Below are positions 56,606-64,000 of a stretch of 64,000 bases of DNA, piece by piece. Source of the DNA: Myxococcota bacterium (lineage in GTDB: Bacteria; Myxococcota_A; UBA796; UBA2385). Under the pieces are notes generated by a model that was given only the letters and a program-made list of their open reading frames with translations, was not told the DNA's origin and ran no database searches. The DNA lies in the NCBI GenBank assembly GCA_044344255.1, contig JBIJDH010000001.1, positions 160,001-224,000 on the forward strand. The letters run 5' to 3'. The position numbers and the translations under genes are program-made. The stretch's first letter is position 1; the number at the start of each line of letters is the position of its first letter.

Positions 56606-58908
56606 GGCGCACCCGGGGCTGGCGCGCGGTCGGCCTGCCGATGAACGGCCTCGTCGTCGCCTGTCACTCCCCGTCCGCCCGCTCGCCCGCCGCGATGCGC
56701 ACGCGAGGCCCCGGACCGCTCCCGTTCCGCTGGGTCGCGCGGTTAGTGTCGCTTCTGCTGTTGGCGAGCTGTGGGAAGCCCTCCACTGGCGGAGATGTGC
56801 CGCGGGACTCGGGGCCCCACGTGGACACCGCCGAGGACCACGACACGAGCCCCGCCGACGACACCGGCGGCGACGACACCGGTGGCGACGACACCGGTGG
56901 CGACGACGGGTTCGTCGACGGCACTGACATCAGCGCCCTGTTGCAGGAGCGGATCGACGTGCTCGGCGCCGCCGGGGGGGGAAGGATTGCGCTGCCGGCC
57001 GGCACCTTCCTGGTTTCGTCTCCCATCACCCTCAAGAGCCGGGTGTGGATCGAGGGCGAAGGCGAGGCGACGGTGCTCCAGACGGTTGCAGGGAGCCTGG
57101 AGGGGCTGGACGCCGCCCTGTTCCACTCGCGTGGCGTCATGCTCGAGGGGGCGTCCGTCCGACGGCTCCACGTCGAAGGGGGTGCCACGCCTGGACTGAC
57201 CGCGCTCTACCTGGAGGACGCCCGCTTCAACCTCTTCGACGACATCTCGGTGAGCGGCCTGTCGGACGGGACGTTGTACGTCGGCTACCCGCTCGGTGGC
57301 AGCAACGACTCTCTGGGCTCGAACATCAACAACTACGCCAACATCTTCTCCGACATGAGCATGGACGAGGGGCGGTACGGGCTGATTCTCCACGGGCTTC
57401 AGGATCCGGCGAGCGCAGACCCTTTGCCCAGCAGCGTGATCACCCTCAACAGCTATCGAGCCATCACCCTGAGCTCGATCTCCGGGATCGGAGTTCAGTC
57501 CGTGTCGTGGAGTGACAGCGAGAACTTCGACACGCTCCGGATCTCCGTGCGCGAGCCGGACGCCGTCGGACTCGACCTGCGTGATGCTGGCATCCTGCCT
57601 GGGCAATACGTAGGGGCCGCGAATTACCAGTTCGCCTGGACCACAATCGACGCGGCATCGCCGATGGATGTCATCGGCGTTCGCTTCGCTCCGCTCACCG
57701 GCGGTTTCTCGTTCCTTGGTCTGTCGCTGGGAGAGGGCGTCCAGTTCGATGATTCGGGGACACAGAGCTACTTCGCCGCCGGGACGTTCGCGGTGCCGAC
57801 GGCCGCGGGGACCTGTGACGGGTTGGAGGCGAGAGCGGCGCCGGCGGACGAGTTGCGGATCGGGCCACCTGCCGAGGGCGGCGCTAGCGAGCTCATCCAG
57901 GAGAGCATCGACGCGCTCGCCAGCGGAGGGGGCGGTGTGCTGCGGCTGACCGCCGGGGACTACCTCGTCGATCGTCCGATCGAGCTGGCGAGCGACGTGT
58001 GGATCGAGGGGGACGGGTTTGCGACGGTGCTCGTCCCTTCCAGCGCCGTGGAAGCGGTGTTCGAGAACTCGGGGAGCCTCTCCCGCGCTAGTATCTCCGA
58101 CCTCGCCGTGGACGGCTCGACGGAGCCGACCACCTGGGCCTTCAGCCTGTCGAACCCCCAAGAGGTCCTCGTCGCCAACATTTTCGGCACGCGTCTGATC
58201 TCCGGTGGCGCTGTGCGGGTCCGGACCACCGAAGCGGCCGTCGGCAACTGCTTCCAGAACCTCCTCTTCGACGAGGTTCGCGGGGGGATCGTGGTGAACG
58301 ACAACGCCGACGCACCGGCGGAAGCGACGTTCAGCGCCAGCGAGTTCCGCAGCATCAAGCTTCTTCATGTGGAGGAGTTGGGCATTGGGGTGCTACGCCG
58401 CGTGGCCGACAGTCTGTTCTCCGATCTGGTCATCTGGAATGGCCAGGGGGCCGCGACCGCCATCCTGGTTGGGAGCCCCTACCAGGTGGTGGGCGATCCA
58501 GACCTCCCGGGGCGCTCCGTGACCGGCCTGACCTTCTACAACGTCACCGAGACGATGGAGGGGGGCGGGGCGGCGCACATCTACGGCAACACTGCTTCGG
58601 CGGCGAATTCCGAGGAATCGATCGGAGTTCGTTTCTCCGACACGAGCGGCCATGCGCTCCTCGGGGTGTTCTATACATCCTGGTACTGGAAGAACCCGGT
58701 CATCGCGACGGGCTCCGACAATCTCACGATCGCCACGAATGTGAGCGAGGCACTCCGAGGCTCGTCCGACTGGTGGACGGCGTACGAATTCCCCATGTCT
58801 GGGTTGTACGAGTACGGGTGCACCACGCTGTGTACCGAACCGTTGGGCGACGTGACCTCCAAGGGGGTCGTCAACCTCGGCGAAGCGGGGGTGGCGTACA
58901 TGCCTTGA
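56602..58908 (+). CDS. Lipoprotein with two tandem pectate-lyase-3-like beta-helix domains
   Basis: LLASC; ALLQERID..GGG.I.LPAGTF..I.LKS.VWIEGEG, repeated as LIQESID..GGG.L.L.AG.Y..I.L.S.VWIEGDG; start may be 56695. Confidence 0.72.
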   Translation: MRRTRGWRAVGLPMNGLVVACHSPSARSPAAMRTRGPGPLPFRWVARLVSLLLLASCGKPSTGGDVPRDSGPHVDTAEDHDTSPADDTGGDDTGGDDTGGDDGFVDGTDISALLQERIDVLGAAGGGRIALPAGTFLVSSPITLKSRVWIEGEGEATVLQTVAGSLEGLDAALFHSRGVMLEGASVRRLHVEGGATPGLTALYLEDARFNLFDDISVSGLSDGTLYVGYPLGGSNDSLGSNINNYANIFSDMSMDEGRYGLILHGLQDPASADPLPSSVITLNSYRAITLSSISGIGVQSVSWSDSENFDTLRISVREPDAVGLDLRDAGILPGQYVGAANYQFAWTTIDAASPMDVIGVRFAPLTGGFSFLGLSLGEGVQFDDSGTQSYFAAGTFAVPTAAGTCDGLEARAAPADELRIGPPAEGGASELIQESIDALASGGGGVLRLTAGDYLVDRPIELASDVWIEGDGFATVLVPSSAVEAVFENSGSLSRASISDLAVDGSTEPTTWAFSLSNPQEVLVANIFGTRLISGGAVRVRTTEAAVGNCFQNLLFDEVRGGIVVNDNADAPAEATFSASEFRSIKLLHVEELGIGVLRRVADSLFSDLVIWNGQGAATAILVGSPYQVVGDPDLPGRSVTGLTFYNVTETMEGGGAAHIYGNTASAANSEESIGVRFSDTSGHALLGVFYTSWYWKNPVIATGSDNLTIATNVSEALRGSSDWWTAYEFPMSGLYEYGCTTLCTEPLGDVTSKGVVNLGEAGVAYMP

Positions 58909-59194
58909 GGGTCGTGGACCGCAATCGACCCGCCCTCTCGGCCGGCCGGGCAGAGACCACGTGTTGGACATCGGGCGGTTGCCGACGCCGCGGTTCTCTC
59001 CCCAGCCGTTGTCGGAGCCGACAGAACCAGCATTCGGCGACCTCCTCGACGACTTGACTGCGGCCAAGCCCAAGCTCGGAGACCGCCGCAACGGGGGCGG
59101 CGCTCGGCGGTGGTGTCGCCACGACCCTGAAGCGATTCGAACCACCTCACTCACATCGGCCGCGCGGGGAGCGATCCTGCTCCATCGAACCCCC

Positions 59195-59241
59195 AAAAAT
59201 CAGGAAGGCCCGCCGAATCTCACGATTCTGACGGGCCCTCA
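59195..59241 (-). terminator. Probable intrinsic terminator of tRNA-Pro
   Basis: Minus strand: gagggcccgtcagaatc-gtga-gattcggcgggccttc hairpin followed by ctgattttt. Confidence 0.65.
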
Positions 59242-59247
59242 AGAGGT

Positions 59248-59325
<78 letters not shown>

Positions 59326-59404
59326 AACGCCGCCCTGATATGCCATCCCCTCCCCCCTGTCAAGGTCCCTGTGGGAAGGGCCCCCCGGCCGAGGCGCCGA
59401 CCGC

Positions 59405-60055
59405 TCAGGGCCGGGCGGCGGTCTGGATGGCGGCGATGGCGGCGCGGCGATCGGCGGCCCCAAAGACGCCGGAGCCCGAGACGAGCACGTGCGCGCCGGC
59501 CTCCACGAAGCGCCAGGCGTTGTCGGCCTTCACGCCGCCGTCGACCTCGATGAGGGTGGGCAGGCCGAGCGCGTCGATGCGGGCGCGGAGGCGCTCGATC
59601 TTCGGGAAGACCCGGTCGATGAGCTTCTGGCCGCCAAAGCCCGGGTTCACGCTCATCACGAGCACGAGATCGAGCCGCTCGAGCACGTAGTCGAGCGCGC
59701 TCTCGGGGGTGTGGGGGTTGAGGGCCACGCCGGCCTTGGCGCCGGTCTCGTGGATCGCCTGGACGGAGCGATCGAGGTGGGCGCAGGCCTCCGCGTGCAC
59801 CGTGATCCAGTCGGCGCCCGCCCGCCGGAAGTCGGCGAGGTAGCGGTCCGGCTCGACGATCATCAGGTGGACATCGAGGGGCAGCGCGGTGGAGCGGCGG
59901 GCCGCCTCACAGATGAGCGGGCCGATGGTGATGTTCGGGACGAAGCGGCCGTCCATCACATCGACGTGGAGCCAGTCTGCGCTGGAGACGCTCTCGATGT
60001 CGGCCCCCAGGCGGGCGAAGTCGGCGGAGAGGATCGAGGGGGCGACGAGCGCCAT
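59405..60055 (-). CDS. rpe: Ribulose-phosphate 3-epimerase
   Basis: APSILSADF, HVDVMDG.FVPN, DVHLM, MSVNPGFGGQ, EVDGG. Confidence 0.97.
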   Translation of the reverse strand: MALVAPSILSADFARLGADIESVSSADWLHVDVMDGRFVPNITIGPLICEAARRSTALPLDVHLMIVEPDRYLADFRRAGADWITVHAEACAHLDRSVQAIHETGAKAGVALNPHTPESALDYVLERLDLVLVMSVNPGFGGQKLIDRVFPKIERLRARIDALGLPTLIEVDGGVKADNAWRFVEAGAHVLVSGSGVFGAADRRAAIAAIQTAARP

Positions 60056-60085
60056 GGGGCACCTCCGGAGCGCCCCGCTAACCGA

Positions 60086-61069
60086 TCATCCGAGCCGCTC
60101 CCCCACCTGGAGGCGCGCGCCCTGCACGAGGGCAGCGGCGGCCGGCTGCACCTTCCGCCCCGGGAGCTGGACCTCGACGAGCTCGAGGGCGCGCTCGCCG
60201 GCCGCGACCACGACGCGCTTGCCGGCCTCGAGCACGACGCCCGGGCCCGCCTGAACGGCGGGGGCGAGGTCGGGGAAGTAGTCCACGAGGCGGCTGCGCT
60301 GGACCTTGAGCACCTCTCCCCGAAGGGACGTGAAGGCGCCCGGCCAGGGGTTCGTGCCGCGGACGCGGTCGTGGATGCGGGCGGCGGGGGCCGTCCAGTC
60401 GATGCGCCCGTGCTCCTTCTCGAGGATGGGCGCGAGCGTCGCGGCCGCGTGGTCTTGTGGGCGGGGCTGCAGCGTGGCGAGCTCGGCGAGGGTCTCGATC
60501 AGGAGCTGCGCGCCGATCGGGGCGAGGCGCAGGGCGAGCTCGCCGGCGGTCTCGTCGGGGTGGATGGGGACGCGCGCCTCGCGGAGCACGTCGCCGGTGT
60601 CCAGGCCCTCTGCCATCACCATCGTCGCCACGCCGGTCTCGCGCTCGCCGTGGATGACCGACCATTGGATCGGCGCCGCCCCGCGGTACTTCGGGAGCAG
60701 GCTCGCGTGCACGTTGATGCAGCCGAGGCGGGGCGCCCGCAGCAGCCGGGGGGTGAGGATGCGGCCATAGGCCACCACGACCGCCACGTCCGCGCCTGCG
60801 GCCTCCATCCAGTCGGGGAAGGGGCCCGAACGCACGGCCTTCGGCTGGCGGGTGGGGAGGCCGAGGGCCCGCGCCCGCTCGATGGTCGGCGGGGACTGGA
60901 GCTGGTTCCCCCGCCCCTTCGGCTTGTCGGGCTGGGCCACCACACAGAGCACCTCGTGGCCCGCGGCGACCAGGGCGTCGAGGGTGGGGACCGCGAAGTC
61001 GGGCGTCCCCATGAAGATCACCTTGTAGGTGACCTTGGAAGGAGCAGGGGCCGGGGGCGCGTCGCTCAT
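60086..61069 (-). CDS. fmt: Methionyl-tRNA formyltransferase
   Basis: FMGTPDFA, QPDKPKGRG, NVHASLLPKYRGAAPIQ, GLDTGD. Confidence 0.97.
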   Translation of the reverse strand: MSDAPPAPAPSKVTYKVIFMGTPDFAVPTLDALVAAGHEVLCVVAQPDKPKGRGNQLQSPPTIERARALGLPTRQPKAVRSGPFPDWMEAAGADVAVVVAYGRILTPRLLRAPRLGCINVHASLLPKYRGAAPIQWSVIHGERETGVATMVMAEGLDTGDVLREARVPIHPDETAGELALRLAPIGAQLLIETLAELATLQPRPQDHAAATLAPILEKEHGRIDWTAPAARIHDRVRGTNPWPGAFTSLRGEVLKVQRSRLVDYFPDLAPAVQAGPGVVLEAGKRVVVAAGERALELVEVQLPGRKVQPAAAALVQGARLQVGERLG

Positions 61070-61620
61070 GCCTGGGCTTCGTCGCGGTCACCCTTGGTCA
61101 CCCGCTTCTTCCGCTTGGCGACATAGCGGCTGCGCTTGAACATGCTCGAGCGCTCGAGGAGCGTGATCCCCTCGAGGTGGTCGAGCTCGTGCTGGATGAC
61201 GATCGCGCCGAACTCGTCATACTCGCGCTCGTGCGGCGCTCCCTGGGCGTCCTGGTAGCGGACCTTGATGCGCTTGGACCGCTTGATGTCCTGGTAGAAC
61301 TCGGGCACCGAGAGGCAGCTCTCTTCGTAGAGGATGCTCTCCTTGCTCCGCTCGACGATCTCGGGGTTGACCATGAAGACGAGGTCACGGCCCTTGAGCC
61401 GCTCGCCGTCCTCCCCCTCGAAGCCCGGATCCGCGACGATGATGCGCCGGGAGTCGCCCACCTGGGGCGCGGCGAGCCCGACGCCGGGGGCGGCGTACAT
61501 CGTCTCGGCCATGTCTGCGAGGAGGCGCGCGACGTCGGGGCCGAATTCGCCGGGCTCGACCGGCCGCGCCTTCTTGTTCAAGACGGGATGAGGGGCTTCG
61601 AGGATGGTCAGGATGGCCAC
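61066..61620 (-). CDS. def: Peptide deformylase
   Basis: GVGLAAPQVG, ESCLS, QHELDHLEG; GTG start at 61620. Confidence 0.96.
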   Translation of the reverse strand: MAILTILEAPHPVLNKKARPVEPGEFGPDVARLLADMAETMYAAPGVGLAAPQVGDSRRIIVADPGFEGEDGERLKGRDLVFMVNPEIVERSKESILYEESCLSVPEFYQDIKRSKRIKVRYQDAQGAPHEREYDEFGAIVIQHELDHLEGITLLERSSMFKRSRYVAKRKKRVTKGDRDEAQA

Positions 61621-61750
61621 GGCTGCTCCGAGGGGATCGGCCCCATGTATCGCCGGTGGGCCGATGGGCAATCCACGGGGCTGTCACACGGCCGCAAGGG
61701 CCGGCGTCGGGGCGCTGGGGTAGATGGGAGCCCCGCTTGTTGGAGCCCCG

Positions 61751-63007
61751 ATGGCCTTCGGTAGAATCCCCCGCTTCAGTCCGAGCTTCTCCCCCAAGGA
61801 GGCGCTGATCTCCGCCCGCTATCTCCTTCGGGACGGCCCGAACGACGAGATGGTGGGCCGCTTCGAGGCCGCCTTCGCCGAGTACATCGGCGCCCGCCAC
61901 GCGGTGATGGTGCCGAGCGCCCGCTTCGGCTTCTACCTGCTCCTCGAGGCCATCGGCGTCGGCGCGGGGGACGAGGTCATCATCCCGGCGCTCACCTACT
62001 TCGCGATCCCGGCGATGGTGCCGCTGCTCGGCGCCCGGCCCGTCTTCGCCGACGTCGACCTCCGCACTCACGTGCTTGACCCCGAGGCCTTCCGCGCCGC
62101 CATCACGCCGCGCACGAAGGCGGTGGTGCCCACCCACCTCTACGGCACCCCCTGCGACATGGACGCCATCGTCCGCATCGCCCGTGAGCACAACATCGCC
62201 GTCATCGAGGACTGCGCCCAGTCCACCGGCGCCCGCTACAAGGGCACCCGCGTCGGCCACAAGGGCGACCACGCTTATTACACCTTCGGCCTGACGAAGA
62301 ACATCACGACCCTGTCCGGCGCGATGATCACCACCGACACCGCCTCCGTCGCGCACCACGCCCGGGCCGCGATCGCGAGCGGCGACTACACGCCGAAGCA
62401 GAAGTCCACGAAGGAGGCCGTCACCGGCGTGGCGATGTGGGTCGCCACCCACCCGTGGGTGTACTGGGCCACCGTGCACCCCGCCGTCGTCCTGGGCAAC
62501 GCCCTCGGCAAAGACCCGCTGCACGAGCGCTTCGGCGAGGCCGAGGTCCGCTACGAGAAGCTGCCCTCCTCCTACAAGAAGAACGGCAAGGCCCTCGCGG
62601 TGCAGGCCGCCGTCGGCCTCGAGCAGATCCGTCGCATCGATGAGCTCAACGGCGCCCGCATCCGCAACGGCCGCGCCCTTGACCAGGGGCTCGCGCACGT
62701 GGGCGGCCTCACCACCCCCACCTACCCCGAGGGTGCCGAGCCCATCTACATGAGCTTCGTAGTGCACCACAAGAAGCGGGACGCCCTGATGAAGGCGCTG
62801 CGGAGGCGGGGGGTCGACACCACCATCGGCTACATGTCCGACCTCTCCGGCAACCCGCTCTTCGCCGAGTACGCCAAGGACTGCCCGAACGCCGCCCGGA
62901 TCCACGCGGAGTGCCTGCACATCCCCGTGCACCCGAACCTCCGCCAGAAGGACCTCGATCACATGATCGAGGCCGTCCGGGCCGCCACCCTCGAGGCCAA
63001 CGCCTGA
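61751..63007 (+). CDS. DegT/DnrJ/EryC1/StrS PLP-dependent aminotransferase family
   Basis: GDEVIIPALTY, PVFADVD, PTHLYG, IEDCAQ, TFGLTKNIT (PLP Lys). Confidence 0.92.
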   Translation: MAFGRIPRFSPSFSPKEALISARYLLRDGPNDEMVGRFEAAFAEYIGARHAVMVPSARFGFYLLLEAIGVGAGDEVIIPALTYFAIPAMVPLLGARPVFADVDLRTHVLDPEAFRAAITPRTKAVVPTHLYGTPCDMDAIVRIAREHNIAVIEDCAQSTGARYKGTRVGHKGDHAYYTFGLTKNITTLSGAMITTDTASVAHHARAAIASGDYTPKQKSTKEAVTGVAMWVATHPWVYWATVHPAVVLGNALGKDPLHERFGEAEVRYEKLPSSYKKNGKALAVQAAVGLEQIRRIDELNGARIRNGRALDQGLAHVGGLTTPTYPEGAEPIYMSFVVHHKKRDALMKALRRRGVDTTIGYMSDLSGNPLFAEYAKDCPNAARIHAECLHIPVHPNLRQKDLDHMIEAVRAATLEANA

Positions 63008-63129
63008 CAGCGGCCCCGAAGGTCCCCTCCCCTCCACGCGCCCGAGGGGTGGGACCTGCGGCTCCTGTCGGACAGCGGCCCAGATCAGGGTATCCTCCGC
63101 GAGACGCGCTCCTGTCCCCCGAGGGCCTC

Positions 63130-64000
63130 ATGAAGTTCTCCGTTCGAAACTACGCCCGCATCGCCGAGGCCGCGCTCACCCGCCGCGTGCCGGTCTACGC
63201 CCACTGGGGCATCACGCACCGGTGCAACCTCACCTGCAAGATGTGCGGGATCTGGCGCTACGGGAACGAAAAGGAAGAGCTGAACCTCGATCAGGTCAAG
63301 CTGATGGCCGAGCGAATGGCCCGCCTCGGCGTGGTGCAGCTCTCGATCGGCGGCGGCGAGCCCTTCGCCTCCCCCATCATCGAGGACGCCGCCAAGGCCT
63401 TCGTCGATCAGGGCCTCAACACGCGGGTGCTCACCAACGGCATCGGCGAGGGCAACGGCCGCAACGTCGTCGCCGGCCGTCGCTACCTCGACCGCGTCGA
63501 TCGCTGCATTGACAACGGGGTGCGCAACTTCTCGATCTCCCTCGACAGCCTGTACCCGGCCCGCTTCGACTTCATCTGCGAGGTCGATGGCGCCTGGAAC
63601 GAGGCGGTCAAGACGATGACCCACATCAGCGGGCGCCTGCACGGAAAGGCCGGCGCGATGCCCACCATCAACTGCGTGGTGAGCAACCTGAACCTGGAGG
63701 AGCTGCCCGACATGGTGCGCTTCGCCCGGGACATCGGCTTCGCCATCAGCTTCCTCCCGGTCGAGCTGCTCGCGACCGCCAAGGATGGCGTACGCAACTG
63801 GGAGGCCCGCTTCATTCGCTACCGCCCCGAGATGGGCCTCAACCAGGACCCCGAGAGCGCCCGCGTCCGCATCGACAAGGCCTATGACGCCTTGATCGCC
63901 ATGAAGGCGGCCGGCGAGCCGATCCTGAACTCCACGCCTTACCTCGAGGCCAGCCGCATGTACCTCAAGACGGGGCGCTTCCCCGCCGAGGGCTGCGACG
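63130..64000 (+). CDS. Radical SAM protein (runs off window)
   Basis: Manual translation: MKFSVRNY..ITHRCNLTCKMC (CxxxCxxC), GGGEP, LTNG, SISLD. Confidence 0.9.
   Translation, partial: MKFSVRNYARIAEAALTRRVPVYAHWGITHRCNLTCKMCGIWRYGNEKEELNLDQVKLMAERMARLGVVQLSIGGGEPFASPIIEDAAKAFVDQGLNTRVLTNGIGEGNGRNVVAGRRYLDRVDRCIDNGVRNFSISLDSLYPARFDFICEVDGAWNEAVKTMTHISGRLHGKAGAMPTINCVVSNLNLEELPDMVRFARDIGFAISFLPVELLATAKDGVRNWEARFIRYRPEMGLNQDPESARVRIDKAYDALIAMKAAGEPILNSTPYLEASRMYLKTGRFPAEGCD

Noticed and set aside
59489..61126. 545-aa + strand ORF
   Set aside because: Shadow of rpe and fmt

Overview
High-GC bacterial chromosome segment, most consistent with Myxococcota-like bacteria (inferred from a MYXO-CTERM-like tail, a DUF1592/DUF1552 pair and DADTD-repeat lipoproteins). 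Housekeeping genes sit at both ends: an unusually divergent pheS-pheT on the left; tRNA-Pro(CGG), rpe, fmt and def on the right, followed by a DegT aminotransferase and a radical SAM gene. 1.6-24 kb holds mostly exported or lipoprotein genes: a truncated globin lipoprotein, two CotH-kinase lipoproteins, a beta-helix protein and a CBM48-containing DUF1592 protein. 24-48 kb is a large cell-envelope modification cluster with four GT-C-type membrane glycosyltransferases, four intact-looking SGNH proteins, a Thr-type sulfatase-like protein and several Pro/Gly-rich lipoproteins. It also contains a tightly coupled ACP / LnmK-like acyltransferase-decarboxylase / SGNH-like / MBOAT operon. This operon is the best candidate for an undescribed system: a Dlt/Alg-like acylation relay fed by a polyketide-type loader. 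53-59 kb is an integrase-less array of cassettes bounded by copies of the tRNA-Pro 3' end, carrying a ParD/ParE-type toxin-antitoxin pair and two carbohydrate-active lipoproteins. All family calls come from motif recognition by eye; no database searches were run.
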